Below, piece after piece: positions 7,583 through 17,668 of a stretch of DNA of 64,000 nt. The stretch lies in contig DATLXH010000010.1 in assembly GCA_035576005.1 (NCBI GenBank), forward strand, positions 1,673 through 65,672. Reading direction: 5' to 3'. Position numbers and translations under genes: made by a program. The notes under the pieces are model-generated. The model saw only the letters and a program-made list of their open reading frames with translations. It was not told the origin of the DNA and searched no databases. Positions within the stretch are counted from its first letter, which is position 1. Every line of letters begins with the position of its first letter. Source of the stretch: Thermoanaerobaculia bacterium (lineage in GTDB: Bacteria; Acidobacteriota; Thermoanaerobaculia; Gp7-AA8).

Positions 7583-9478
7583 CTACTTGTCGTTGTACAA
7601 CTCGATGAATTCGTAGACGAAGTTCCCCGTGCCGAGGGCGTCGGAGAACTCGCTGATGTAGACGCCCTTGCCACAGGCTGCGGGACCTCCCGTGGCCGGA
7701 GTCCCTGTGCTCGATGCAGCTCGCGACCAGCTCGATGCCTTGGTCGCGCTTGCGCAACCATTCGTACGCTTCAAGCTCTCGCCGCCGGCTGCAGCCATGT
7801 TGACTGTGCGCCCATCAAGCTTCGTACCGGCTGCGTTGTAGAGCGTGAAGTTCTCATCGCCATTGATCTGCGGCATGGCGTCGGACGCATTGAGGTAAAC
7901 CGTGTCGGAACCGAAGATCACACCCCAGTAAGTTTCGAACTGTGCCTTCGTTGCATTGCGTCCCACGATCAGGTAACCCTTCGACGCGATGGAGGTCCCG
8001 GCGGGGATGATGTAGTTGAGTGTTGAGGTTGCCTGGGTCAGCTTGTAGCCGGAGACGTCGATTCCAGTGACAGGAGGTGGTGGGGGCGGCGCGGCATTAC
8101 TGACGGTGACAGTAACCGCCGCCGACGCGCCGCTGTTGTTTGCCGCGTCGTAGGCCTTCGAGCTCAACGTGTGCGTGGCGTTTGTGGCCGTGCTGGTGTC
8201 CCAGCTCCACTCATAAGGCGATGTGTTGTCGGTGCTCCTGAGACCGCCGTCGAGATAAAACTCTACCTTCGCGACGCCGACGTTGTCCGAGGCGCTGGCG
8301 GTGACGATCGTTGTGCCGCTGACCGTTGCGCCACCAGTTGGGGCAGTAACCGATGTCAACGGGGCTTCTGTGTCAGGTGCTGTTGCGGAGTCGTCGAGAG
8401 TGAAACTTCGGGGCAACGATGCTGCCGCGACTTCGTTTGGTCCCTGTGTCACGGCTCCATTTGCGCTGACGGTGAAGAGATTTGCGCCGTCTGTGGTGAT
8501 CTTGATATCACCTACTGAGAAACCGGAATAGCTCGTGAGCGGTCCGGTCGGCGACCCCTCCTCGGATTGGAGCACAACGGTCGGAGCCGCTGTGACGCAT
8601 GAGGTGGCCTGACCGAGAAGAACCTTGTCCACGATATCGATACGGGGAAAATTCCAATCTGCGCTCTGGCCGGCGCCTGTAGAGATGACCGCCACTGCAG
8701 GAACCGAGTAGTCCATCAGGTCGTTGTTCATGCTGCTCTCACTGCCGTGATGGGAGACGTGAAGAACGTCGATGCCACCGCTGCTGATAAGAGGGAACGC
8801 ACCGCCGGGTGAGATTGCCTGCATGAGCGGCGTCTCGACGTTGATCTGCGTCGTGTAGCGTCCGGTGCACGCTTCGTCGTCCGGACCACCACCCAGGTCG
8901 CTTGCCCAGAAGTAATCGAAGCCGCCGTACTGAAGGAGGAGTGCGATGGACAGGTCGTTCTCGTTCGAGGCGGCCACCGAGCCTCCGCCGATGATCTTTC
9001 CTTTCACCGCGATGCAGGTCAGCTTTGCGCCTCCGCCGAGGTCAATGACGGTGCCAGCGGTGATGGCCACCGGAGCTCCGGCTGTGGTCGCGGCGGCTGC
9101 GGTGTTCCACCCGGTCACGCAGCTCGAGCTGTAGGTGCTGCCATTGAAGTACTGCTTGATCCGGACGTTGTAGCCCGCGTTGAGGACTTCGTCGAGTCCG
9201 CCCAGATGATCGCAGTGCTGATGACCGCCGATGACGTAATCGAAACCAGCTGCCGGGGTGTGGCCGATCGACTGAAGATAGGGAACCACCTCGGCTGTTC
9301 CTTTGCCGGTGTTCCCCGCCTCCAGCAGCACGGTCTTTCCGGTCGGTCCAGGTCCTTTGATGAGAGCGGACTGCCCCCATCCAACATTGATTACATGGAT
9401 CTCGAGGTTCTGTGCTGTCAGAGAAAGAGGGAGGAGGGCAAAGAGCAGAGCGAAGCGCTGGCTGAGACGAATGGTCAT
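7583..9478 (-). CDS. Secreted MBL-fold (ComEC/Rec2-related) hydrolase with Ig-like and lamin-tail (LTD) domains
   Basis: Signal peptide MTIRLSQRFALLFALLPLSLTAQ, preceded by AAGAGGA 6 nt upstream of ATG 9476-9478. HQHCDHLGG metallo-beta-lactamase motif. Ig-like segment (AKVEFYLDG..YEWSWDT). PPPPPP linker. LTD-like C-terminus (VYISEFSD..YEFIELYN). Confidence 0.8.
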   Translation of the reverse strand: MTIRLSQRFALLFALLPLSLTAQNLEIHVINVGWGQSALIKGPGPTGKTVLLEAGNTGKGTAEVVPYLQSIGHTPAAGFDYVIGGHQHCDHLGGLDEVLNAGYNVRIKQYFNGSTYSSSCVTGWNTAAAATTAGAPVAITAGTVIDLGGGAKLTCIAVKGKIIGGGSVAASNENDLSIALLLQYGGFDYFWASDLGGGPDDEACTGRYTTQINVETPLMQAISPGGAFPLISSGGIDVLHVSHHGSESSMNNDLMDYSVPAVAVISTGAGQSADWNFPRIDIVDKVLLGQATSCVTAAPTVVLQSEEGSPTGPLTSYSGFSVGDIKITTDGANLFTVSANGAVTQGPNEVAAASLPRSFTLDDSATAPDTEAPLTSVTAPTGGATVSGTTIVTASASDNVGVAKVEFYLDGGLRSTDNTSPYEWSWDTSTATNATHTLSSKAYDAANNSGASAAVTVTVSNAAPPPPPPVTGIDVSGYKLTQATSTLNYIIPAGTSIASKGYLIVGRNATKAQFETYWGVIFGSDTVYLNASDAMPQINGDENFTLYNAAGTKLDGRTVNMAAAGGESLKRTNGCASATKASSWSRAASSTGTPATGGPAACGKGVYISEFSDALGTGNFVYEFIELYNDK

Positions 9479-9684
9479 TGATGATCCTCTTGTCAGTGCG
9501 AGTGAGTTACTCGCGTTAGATTTCACCTTAGAAGAGTCGCGTCATCTGTTTGCGAGGTTATTGTGAGGGAAGTGTGGTGCCTCTGACAACCCTGTGTGCG
9601 CATCCGTGCTGTAAGAACCGTGTGGCTTCGATCCGTTGGGCCGGATTGCGGAGTTCCGGGATGTCGTCATCGCGTGATTGCGGC

Positions 9685-9715
9685 TAACCCGCATTTCTAT
9701 GAGAAATGCGGGTTA
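9685..9715. mobile_element. Back-to-back MITE terminal repeats (TAACCCGCATTTCT-ATG-AGAAATGCGGGTTA), minimal element or excision footprint
   Basis: Perfect 14-bp inverted repeat. The arms match the outer TIR ends of the 55813-55990 element. Confidence 0.7.
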
Positions 9716-10245
9716 AGATCAGGGACGTGATCAAGCAGATCTTCAATGTGCTGTACGGGGCGGTGGCGCTGCTCTTCGCGCTGGCGGCGGTGGTGCTTAC
9801 TGCATTCGCGGGTGGTGAGCTGTGGCACGCAGCGGATCCTCGGCTCGTTGTGAAGATGGCCGAACGCGTGAACGCGGTGCTCGAGAGTATCGGGCTGCTC
9901 ACCATCGCCGTCGCCGCGCTGGAGCTGAGCCAGACGGTGATCGAGGAGGAGATTCTCAGGACCGCACAGATTGCCGCCCCGACACGGGTGCGTAGGTTTC
10001 TGTCGCGTTTTCTCGTGGTCGTGGTGGTCGCGTTGTCGATCGAGTCGCTGGTGTCCGCGTTCCGCTTCGTGCACGACGCTCCCGAGCGTCTGTCGGAGTC
10101 GGCAATGGTCGCTTTCTCGGCTGCGGCGATTCTTGCCGCATGGGGTGTGTTCATTCACTTCAATCGCGACGCGGAAGAATTGGAGCCGGAGGCGATGGCG
10201 GATGCAAAGAGGGAGGACGCGAAGCTGGAGGGGGGAGGGAGCTGA
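9706..10245 (+). CDS. Hypothetical integral membrane protein (distantly PsiE-like topology)
   Basis: 179 aa with 4 hydrophobic segments. The annotated ATG lies inside the TIR palindrome; an alternative GTG at 9727 is possible. Confidence 0.6.
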   Translation: MRVKIRDVIKQIFNVLYGAVALLFALAAVVLTAFAGGELWHAADPRLVVKMAERVNAVLESIGLLTIAVAALELSQTVIEEEILRTAQIAAPTRVRRFLSRFLVVVVVALSIESLVSAFRFVHDAPERLSESAMVAFSAAAILAAWGVFIHFNRDAEELEPEAMADAKREDAKLEGGGS

Positions 10246-10298
10246 GATCTCGCCGAACGGCACCCACAGAGCTTGCGGATCGGCGGTTTTGCAATAGG

Positions 10299-12245
10299 AT
10301 GCGCTCGGAGATGAAAACGATGCGTAAAGAACTGCTGGTGACTGCCCTCTCTCTGTTTGTCAGCCTCGCTGCTCAGGCTCAAGTCCCTGAGAATCTGGAG
10401 GTGGAGGGGGTTCCCTCGTTTCCACCCGATCTTGTGAATCGGATTCAGCCCTATTTCGAGTCGCGCAGCGCAATCCTCAACGACTGGCATCCCACCCGGC
10501 GCGAGATGCTCGTCACTACGCGTTTCGGTGATACGACGCAACTTCATTACGTGAAAATGCCGGGCGGCGCCCGCAAGCAACTCACGTTCTTCGCTGACCG
10601 GGTGGCTTCCGGCAGCTTCCGTCCGAAGAGCAATGACACGATCGTCTTTTCGAAAGATATCGGGGGCGGGGAGTTCCATCAGTACTACCGGTACTCCCTG
10701 ACTGATGGCACGACCACGCTGCTAACAGACGGCAAGTCGCGGAACAGCGGATTGGAGTGGTCGCCGAGCGGTAAGTGGATGGCCTTCAGCTCGACCCGTC
10801 GTAATGGCAGGGACACAGACATCTATGTAATGGATCCGATGAATCCCGCGTCGAGCCGCATGCTCATGCAGGTCGAAGGCGGCGGCTGGGGAGTGATCGA
10901 CTGGGCGCCGGATGAATCGCAGATTCTCGTCGGCGAGTACCTTTCCGCGAACGAGGTGTACCTCTACCTGGTGGACGCGCGGACGGGTGAGAAACGTCTT
11001 TTGAAACCGAAGACGAGCGAGAAGGTCGCCTACGGCAACGCCAGGATGTCGCCGGACGGGAAGAGCGTTTATTTCACAAGCGACCAGGGCTCAGAGTTTC
11101 AGCGTCTCACCCGAATGAATCTGGCCACCGGTCGAGAGACAGTGCTGACGCCGGCTTTGAAGTGGGACGTGGACGAGTTCGACATTTCGTCGGACGGCAG
11201 GTGGATCGCCTTTGTCGCGAACGAGGACGCCATCGGTGTGCTTCACCTGATCGCCGCAGCAACTGGAAAGGAAGTCGCTGCTCCGAAACTGCCGGCCGGC
11301 ATTCCGTCCAATCTTCGCTTTCACGAGAATGGCCGCGACCTCGGGTTGAATCTCAACTCGTGGACATCGCCATCTGATATCTACTCGGTCGGAATCACGA
11401 CCGGCAAGCTCGAGCGCTGGACGGAAGGAGAGACGGGAGGGCTGAATACGTCGCGAAACGCAGCCCCGGAGTTCGTCCGGGTCCGGAGTTTTGACGATCT
11501 CGCGATATCAGGCTTCATCTATCGTCCCGATGCATCACGGTTTCCAGGCAGGCGCCCGGTGATCATCGATATCCATGGGGGGCCTGAAGGGCAATCGCGC
11601 CCTGGATATCTGCGCGAAGAGAACTATCTGATCAATGAGCTGGGGATCGCCGTGCTGTTCCCTAACGTTAGAGGCTCCAGCGGTTTTGGAAAGACATTCC
11701 TGACGCTTGATAACGCCATGAAGCGCGAGGACTCAGTGCGAGACATTGCCACGTTTCTCGATTGGGTCAAAAGCGACCCTCGACTCGACGCAGACCGGGT
11801 GGCGATCACCGGTGGAAGCTATGGCGGTTACATGACGCTTGCCTCCATGACCTTTTTCAGTGATCGGGTCCGGGCCGGGGTCGATGTCGTGGGCATTTCG
11901 AGCTTCGTGAGCTTCCTGCAGAACACGCAGGACTATCGAAGGGACCTGCGGCGTGCCGAGTATGGAGACGAGCGCGATCCCGCAATGCGAGCGCATTTCG
12001 AGAAGATTGCGCCGCTCAATAACGTAAAGAGAATCACAAAACCAATGTTCATCATCCAGGGACTAAACGACCCGCGGGTTCCTCATACAGAAGCGCGGCA
12101 GATGGTCGCGGCGCTCAAGCAGAACAACATCCCCGTGTGGCTGTTGATCGCGAAAGACGAGGGCCACGGTTTCGCGAAGAAAAAGAACCAGATGTACGAG
12201 GCAGCGGCGACCATTCTGTTTTATCAGAAGTATCTGCTGAACTAA
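10299..12245 (+). CDS. S9 family serine peptidase (prolyl oligopeptidase/dipeptidyl aminopeptidase type) with N-terminal TolB-like beta-propeller
   Basis: GGSYGGYM nucleophile elbow, C-terminal D and H context (GLNDPRV, DEGHGF), WD40-like/TolB repeats. Signal peptide after MRSEMKTMRKELLVTALSLFVSLAAQA. The 10140 start adds a non-protein-like extension. Confidence 0.9.
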   Translation: MRSEMKTMRKELLVTALSLFVSLAAQAQVPENLEVEGVPSFPPDLVNRIQPYFESRSAILNDWHPTRREMLVTTRFGDTTQLHYVKMPGGARKQLTFFADRVASGSFRPKSNDTIVFSKDIGGGEFHQYYRYSLTDGTTTLLTDGKSRNSGLEWSPSGKWMAFSSTRRNGRDTDIYVMDPMNPASSRMLMQVEGGGWGVIDWAPDESQILVGEYLSANEVYLYLVDARTGEKRLLKPKTSEKVAYGNARMSPDGKSVYFTSDQGSEFQRLTRMNLATGRETVLTPALKWDVDEFDISSDGRWIAFVANEDAIGVLHLIAAATGKEVAAPKLPAGIPSNLRFHENGRDLGLNLNSWTSPSDIYSVGITTGKLERWTEGETGGLNTSRNAAPEFVRVRSFDDLAISGFIYRPDASRFPGRRPVIIDIHGGPEGQSRPGYLREENYLINELGIAVLFPNVRGSSGFGKTFLTLDNAMKREDSVRDIATFLDWVKSDPRLDADRVAITGGSYGGYMTLASMTFFSDRVRAGVDVVGISSFVSFLQNTQDYRRDLRRAEYGDERDPAMRAHFEKIAPLNNVKRITKPMFIIQGLNDPRVPHTEARQMVAALKQNNIPVWLLIAKDEGHGFAKKKNQMYEAAATILFYQKYLLN

Positions 12246-12289
12246 CTCGAGACGGCAGTAACACTCCGACCCAGGAACGTTGACCTCGC

Positions 12290-12500
12290 AGCCGCGAAGC
12301 GGCGACATCGTTTTAGCCCCACCCGTGAGGGTGGGGTGTGTCGGTACGAGAATTCCACGGAGCCGCGAAGCGGCGGCATCGATGCCGCCCCTTGCGGGGC
12401 TCACCGTGCCTGCTGGTCGACCACCTCCCCAGCCTTACGGCTGGGGCTACGACGATTCCGGGCCTTTCGGCCCTTTTGATTCGCCGAGGTATCCTCGGGG
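12290..12500. repeat. Cluster of six or more GC-rich hairpins in a convergent intergenic region, including two GCCGCGAAGCGGC units
   Basis: GCCGCGAAGCGGC at 12292 and 12362. Also CCCCACCC-GTGA-GGGTGGGG, GGCGGCATCGATGCCGCC, CCCCAGCC-TTAC-GGCTGGGG, GGGCC-TTTC-GGCCC+TTTT, CCGAGG-TAT-CCTCGG. Confidence 0.7.
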
Positions 12501-12510
12501 TCAACGGAGC

Positions 12511-15192
12511 CTACGACCTTTCTGTCATCAGTTGCGGCGTCACGATTGTCAGCTCTTCGCGTAAGGCGTTCACGGGCTGCTGTGCGGCGACGTGGTCGCC
12601 GGCCTGGCCGAGCTGCTCGATCTCGCGACTGAGCATCTCGATCCGGATGATGCCGAGGTTTCCGGCCGAACTTTTGAAGGCATGTGCGAGTTGCCAGAGG
12701 GCAGTGCTGTCGCCCTGTTCGATTGCGCGGCTCATCGCGTCGATGCGTCCCGGAGCGTCGGAGAGGAACGAGTCGATCAGCTCGCGAAGAAACGCGCCGC
12801 CGCCGTCCGGATCGAGCTCACGGATGGAGTCGAGAACCGTCTGGTCCAGCGAGCGCAAGCTCTTTGGAGCCTCGACCTGCCGCTTGTCGAGCGATGAGGT
12901 CCATTTTCTGACGATCTCTTCGAGCCGCATCACATTGACGGGTTTGGAGATGTAGTCGTTCATCCCTGCATTAAGGCATCGTTCCTGGTCGCCCTGGAGT
13001 GCGTTGGCAGTCATGGCAATAACGGGAATCGCGGACTCAGCCCCCTCGAGCCTGCGGATCTCGCCTGTCGCTTCGTAACCATTCATGACCGGCATCTGAC
13101 AATCCATGAGCACCAGGTCATAGCGAAGCGACTTCACCGCTTCCACAGCCTCACGGCCGTTACTCACAGCCTCCGCAGTGAAGCCGAGTTTCTGCAGCTG
13201 ACGAAGCGCAACCTTCTGATTCACTACGTTGTCCTCTGCGACTAGCACTCTGAGCTGATGAGGTTCCGTTTCCACCGGCGCCGAAGCGATTTCTTCCTCT
13301 TCATCAGACGTGGTGTGAAATGTCGGCAGGTCCGATGACGCGGAAACGAGAGCATCGAACAGTTGCGACTGGCGAACGGGCTTGGTGAGAGTGGAGTGGA
13401 TCCCCGATTCGCGCAGGGCGTCCGAGTCAGGTCTGCCGAGTGAGCTGAGCATGACGACGCGGGCCGCGGAAAGAAAGGGATCCTTCCGGATCGCATGCGC
13501 GACCATCAATCCATCCATGTCGGGCATCTGCATGTCCAGGATGACGAGATCGAATGGCTTGCCGGATGCCACCGCTTTGCGCATCGTATCGAGCGCATCC
13601 TGACCTCCCGCACAGGTTTCATAGGACATGCCCCACGACGCAACCTGATGCTCGAGGATTCTCCGATTCGTTTCGTTGTCATCCACGATGATGACACGCA
13701 GGTCGCCGAGGGATCGGGGAGGAGAGGGCGCTTTCGATGGAGCACTGCTCGGCTTTCCGAACCTTGCATCGAAGGAGAACGTCGAGCCTTTGTGAAGCTC
13801 ACTGGTGACTTTGATGGACCCACCCATCAACTGCACGAGCTGTCTCGAGATCGCAAGGCCGAGCCCCGTCCCCCCATATTTGCGCGTCGTTGATCCGTCA
13901 ACCTGCGAGAATGCCTCGAAGAGATTCTTTTCGGCTTCGGGAGCAATGCCGATCCCGGTGTCACTAACATCGAACTGCAACGTCACCGAGTCGCTCGACT
14001 CGTCGATTTTCTGCGTTCTGACGACCACCTCACCGCGTTCCGTGAACTTCACCGCGTTTCCGATCAGGTTCACGAGCACCTGGCGGAGGCGTCCGGGATC
14101 TCCCTGAATCGTCGTGGGACAGTCTGAGTAAATGAGAGAAGCGATCTCGAGTTTCTTCTCCTGCGCCGTACCAGCCAGGACTTCGACGGCCGACTCCACT
14201 GTGTTGCGAAGGTCGAAATCGCGCGTTTCGAACGTCAGCTTTCCGGCCTCGATCTTGGAGAAGTCGAGGATGTCGTTGATGACGGTCAGCAGCGATTCGC
14301 CGCTCGACTTTACGGTCGACGCCATCTCACGTTGCTCGGCCGAGAGTCTGGTGTCGAGCAACAGACCGGCCATGCCGATGACTCCGTTGAGTGGTGTCCG
14401 GATCTCGTGGCTCATGTTGGCGAGGAACTCGGATTTCATCCGTGCGGACTGGAGCGCCGCGTTGCGCGCTCTCTTGAGCTCAGCACCGGCGCGCGCGCTT
14501 CGACGGAGGTCACGAGCCATGAGCCAGACCACGAAGCCGATCAGCAGGGCGTTGGCCAGGCCTGCGAGGCTGATCACGCGAAGGGTGTGCGACCGAACCT
14601 GTTCAGCATGCCTGGTTCGAATGACAAGGAGTCGCGATTCTTCTTGCTCCATCTCCTGCAGAATCTCGCGGATCTGATCCATAGTGGACTTGCCTCGACC
14701 GTACGCCACAAAGCGCTGAGCAGCCTCCGAGCCCTCTTCCGTTCTTATCCTGACACCATCGGCGAGAACCATCACTTTCTCGTCGATCACTCTGCCAAGA
14801 ACCTGGAGACGGGACTGTTGTGCCGGGTTGTCGAGGACGAGCGTGCGGAGTTGCGATAGAGCGCGAGGGATTCCGGACAATCCTTGGTTGTAGGGCTCGA
14901 GGAATGTCGTGTTTCCCGTGAGGAGGTAGCCGCGTTGTGATGATTCTGAGTCGGCAATGGTTGCGAGAAGTTGTCGGATTCTCGCAATGACTTCATCGGT
15001 GTGTACAACCGAGCGGTTTGTCTCGACCAGAGTTTCGATGCTCTTAACAGAAGAGCCGACGATGAAGAGAAGCGAGGCGAGCGCGAGGATCACTCCGATC
15101 GTGATCGTCCGTTTCAGGTATCTGGAGAAGAACGGTTGCTCACGGGAAGACTCGCCGTCGTGCGAACCTCGGGACGAAGCGTCCAGCTTCAT
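12511..15192 (-). CDS. Hybrid sensor histidine kinase: CHASE3-TM-HisKA-HATPase-REC-REC-Hpt
   Basis: H-box [12 protein letters not shown]-boxes [14 protein letters not shown], two receivers ([18 protein letters not shown] and [18 protein letters not shown]), Hpt [12 protein letters not shown]. The start MKLDASS at 15190-15192 overlaps the upstream stop (ATGA). Confidence 0.9.
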   Translation of the reverse strand: MKLDASSRGSHDGESSREQPFFSRYLKRTITIGVILALASLLFIVGSSVKSIETLVETNRSVVHTDEVIARIRQLLATIADSESSQRGYLLTGNTTFLEPYNQGLSGIPRALSQLRTLVLDNPAQQSRLQVLGRVIDEKVMVLADGVRIRTEEGSEAAQRFVAYGRGKSTMDQIREILQEMEQEESRLLVIRTRHAEQVRSHTLRVISLAGLANALLIGFVVWLMARDLRRSARAGAELKRARNAALQSARMKSEFLANMSHEIRTPLNGVIGMAGLLLDTRLSAEQREMASTVKSSGESLLTVINDILDFSKIEAGKLTFETRDFDLRNTVESAVEVLAGTAQEKKLEIASLIYSDCPTTIQGDPGRLRQVLVNLIGNAVKFTERGEVVVRTQKIDESSDSVTLQFDVSDTGIGIAPEAEKNLFEAFSQVDGSTTRKYGGTGLGLAISRQLVQLMGGSIKVTSELHKGSTFSFDARFGKPSSAPSKAPSPPRSLGDLRVIIVDDNETNRRILEHQVASWGMSYETCAGGQDALDTMRKAVASGKPFDLVILDMQMPDMDGLMVAHAIRKDPFLSAARVVMLSSLGRPDSDALRESGIHSTLTKPVRQSQLFDALVSASSDLPTFHTTSDEEEEIASAPVETEPHQLRVLVAEDNVVNQKVALRQLQKLGFTAEAVSNGREAVEAVKSLRYDLVLMDCQMPVMNGYEATGEIRRLEGAESAIPVIAMTANALQGDQERCLNAGMNDYISKPVNVMRLEEIVRKWTSSLDKRQVEAPKSLRSLDQTVLDSIRELDPDGGGAFLRELIDSFLSDAPGRIDAMSRAIEQGDSTALWQLAHAFKSSAGNLGIIRIEMLSREIEQLGQAGDHVAAQQPVNALREELTIVTPQLMTERS

Positions 15193-16541
15193 GACGATTG
15201 CGCCTTCGTTGCCCTCAGCTCCCGAAGCGCCCGCTCGAGCTCGCCGCTGAGCTCGTCTGCGAGCTCCCGAACTCTCGAGCTCGAGCCTGCGCCGCCGCGC
15301 CCCAGAGCTTCTAACTCCCCGCAGATGCGCGCGGCGCCAAGCGCTCCGAGCGCCACGCAACTCCCTTTGAAGGAGTGAGCGGTTAGAGAAAGTTTTTCCG
15401 CATCATCGCCTTCGATACTTTCATTGATAGACGCAAGCGCTACCGGAATCTCTGCAAGAAACGTATCGATCAGCGATGTCACGAACTCCGGATCATCCTC
15501 ACCCTGCAGTTCCCTGAGGCCCTGCATACTCGCCTCGTCAATCGCGCTCAAGGGTTTCGTATCTGCGGCAGCAGCCGAGAAGGATTCAACGCGGTTCCGA
15601 CCCTTCGCTTTCGCGACGTAGAGTGCCTGATCAGCAGCTTCTTTCCATTGATCGATCGTCTGAAGGGTGTCGTCGAGAACGCTGACCCCCGCGCTGAAGG
15701 CGATGCGGAACGTCTTGCCTCCTGTCGAATGGTGCTCGATCTGGCTGAACTCTTCGCGAAGCCTGTCGACGAGCCTGATCGCGTCGTGATTCTCGAGATC
15801 GTCGACGATGATGGCGAACTCCTCCCCTCCGTACCGTCCCAGGCTGTCGCTCTGGCGGAGGCGTCGACGGAAGAGCGCAGCGAGCGAAATGAGCACACGG
15901 TCGCCCGTGGGGTGGCCGTACGTGTCATTGACCGTCTTGAAGTGATCGAGATCGACCATCACAAGAGCGCTTCGCTTGCCGCTGCGCCGCGTTTGCGCCA
16001 TCGCATTCTTCGCACGCTCGAGGAACGCCGTGTGAGTCAGCAGACCAGTCAGCCCGTCGCGATCCAGGAGACTCTGAAGGAAGCGGGCCCGTTCGAGACG
16101 CGCCGCGACCGTAGAGATCAGCAGGCCCGGCGCGACAGGCTTGATGAGATAGTCGTCCGCACCCGCGCGCAGCGTCTCGATCCTTCTCTGGACCTGGTCC
16201 TCGGTCGTGAGAAACATCAGCGGGAGCGTCGCGTACGCAGGATTCTGCCGGACGTAGCGAGCGAGATCCTGTCCGCTCATTCCCGGCAACAGGATGTCCA
16301 TGAGGATAAGGTCAGGCCGGAAGGATGTCAGTGCCGCCTCGAAGTCTTTCGGATCCGTACAGACCAGAACCTGATAGCCGGCCGACCTGAGCACTGTCTC
16401 GAGAAACTGCGCCTGCTCGGGATCATCTTCGACAGACAGATCCTGGGGGCTTCGGTCGCGAGATGCTCTTTGTGAAGCTCGACCCGCCGGATGACAGCAT
16501 CCCAGTCGACAGGATCTTCGAAGAATCCATCCGCGCCACAT
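15189..16541 (-). CDS. REC-GGDEF-Hpt protein (diguanylate cyclase response regulator with C-terminal Hpt); true 5' end uncertain
   Basis: Receiver [25 protein letters not shown]-site followed by the GGEEF active site. C-terminal Hpt [13 protein letters not shown]. The first ~32 codons overlap the upstream gene out of frame. Confidence 0.8.
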   Translation of the reverse strand: MWRGWILRRSCRLGCCHPAGRASQRASRDRSPQDLSVEDDPEQAQFLETVLRSAGYQVLVCTDPKDFEAALTSFRPDLILMDILLPGMSGQDLARYVRQNPAYATLPLMFLTTEDQVQRRIETLRAGADDYLIKPVAPGLLISTVAARLERARFLQSLLDRDGLTGLLTHTAFLERAKNAMAQTRRSGKRSALVMVDLDHFKTVNDTYGHPTGDRVLISLAALFRRRLRQSDSLGRYGGEEFAIIVDDLENHDAIRLVDRLREEFSQIEHHSTGGKTFRIAFSAGVSVLDDTLQTIDQWKEAADQALYVAKAKGRNRVESFSAAAADTKPLSAIDEASMQGLRELQGEDDPEFVTSLIDTFLAEIPVALASINESIEGDDAEKLSLTAHSFKGSCVALGALGAARICGELEALGRGGAGSSSRVRELADELSGELERALRELRATKAQSS

Positions 16542-17548
16542 CGGATGGCCTCGACCTTATCGAGAAACCCGCTGCTCCCGCCGACAACGAGCGCGAGAGT
16601 GTCGGCGCGTCCCCCTTTCGCGCGAAGCCGTTCGATGATCTGGTATCCGATTCCGTCCGGCAGGTCCGATTCCACGATGAGCGCCTCGGGCAGCGCCGCA
16701 TCGATCGCAGTGACTGCTTCAGCAATCGTGGCTGCCGTTCGGACTCGCATCCCACGCTCCCTGAGCAACGTCTTGCTCGCGTGATCGCTTACGGCCAGCA
16801 GGACGTTGTACGCGGCTGGCTTCTCAGGGTCGTCAGCTGGCCCCGTCGGATGATCGCTTGCCGAGAACTCGCTCGAGAGCGAGTCGGTGAGAGCGCGTAA
16901 CTCATCGATGTCAGCGGACGAGACTGACGCTTTCGCTTTGAGAAGTTCATTGCAACGTTTTTCGGCTGCCCTTGCCAGAACGGTGACCTTCGGAAATCCG
17001 TGAGTCGTCCCGATTCCAGCCAGACTGTGAAATCCTCGAAGGAGCAGATCCAGCGATTCGAGATCGCGTGGTTCACCCTCGAGGATGGAGATCTGAAAGG
17101 CGAGCGATTGGAGTCGTGATTCAGATCCGCGTATGAATCGATCGCGCAGATCCTCGAGCGACGGGAGACGCGGAGCCTCTTCGGGTTTGTGACCCAGCAG
17201 CCGCATCACCTCGTCGTTGAAGGTCCGCAGGTTGATTGGCTTGCGGATCACGCCGAGGGACTGTTGACGAAGAGTGTGAAGCTCTGTGTCGTCGCTCGTG
17301 CCAGTGAGGAAGATTACCGGTATCTCTCGCGTCTGTGGATCGTTCTCGAGCGCGGCCCGGACTGCGAGGCCATCCATCCCGGGCATGACAACATCGAGGA
17401 GAATCGCATCTGGCGGCGAAGTCGTCGCCAGTCGAAGTCCCTCCGCTGCCGTCGCGGCCTGAGTGACTTTCGTGTTTGCATTTCTCTCGAGCGAACGGCC
17501 GACGATGGCGCGGACATCGGCTTCGTCATCGATGATGAGCAGTCGCAT
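16328..17548 (-). CDS. Response regulator REC-Hpt-REC(-like); the 3' tail is probably out of frame
   Basis: MRLLIIDDEADV..DVVMPGMDG receiver, Hpt-like RGFHSLAGIGTTHGF, then a second receiver-like domain. The last ~36 aa are Arg/Ser-rich and overlap the next gene's receiver. Confidence 0.8.
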   Translation of the reverse strand: MRLLIIDDEADVRAIVGRSLERNANTKVTQAATAAEGLRLATTSPPDAILLDVVMPGMDGLAVRAALENDPQTREIPVIFLTGTSDDTELHTLRQQSLGVIRKPINLRTFNDEVMRLLGHKPEEAPRLPSLEDLRDRFIRGSESRLQSLAFQISILEGEPRDLESLDLLLRGFHSLAGIGTTHGFPKVTVLARAAEKRCNELLKAKASVSSADIDELRALTDSLSSEFSASDHPTGPADDPEKPAAYNVLLAVSDHASKTLLRERGMRVRTAATIAEAVTAIDAALPEALIVESDLPDGIGYQIIERLRAKGGRADTLALVVGGSSGFLDKVEAIRCGADGFFEDPVDWDAVIRRVELHKEHLATEAPRICLSKMIPSRRSFSRQCSGRPAIRFWSVRIRKTSRRH

Positions 17549-17668
17549 CGATCAGATGGTGAGGCATGACGCGGACCATGTCATCACTCTTTTTCGCCGT
17601 TCGTGCCGCGTTTGAGAAATTACCGGGTCACTCCCCGGTGAGTCTCACGTGCAGGAGGAGCCGCGCTT

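Noticed and set aside
6976-8026. ORFs 6976-7761 (-), 7160-8026 (+) and 7353-7757 (-) containing PSPRRGEG / LSPAGRG strings
   Set aside because: These peptides are translations of the palindromic mosaic repeat (7364-7554). The same strings recur wherever the repeat occurs: 29228-29905, 50280-50831, 54005-54503, 61345-61641.
16420-16460. Programmed ribosomal frameshift joining the two response-regulator genes
   Set aside because: There is no slippery heptamer or downstream stimulatory structure, only a C5 run. An indel (real or technical) is the simpler explanation.
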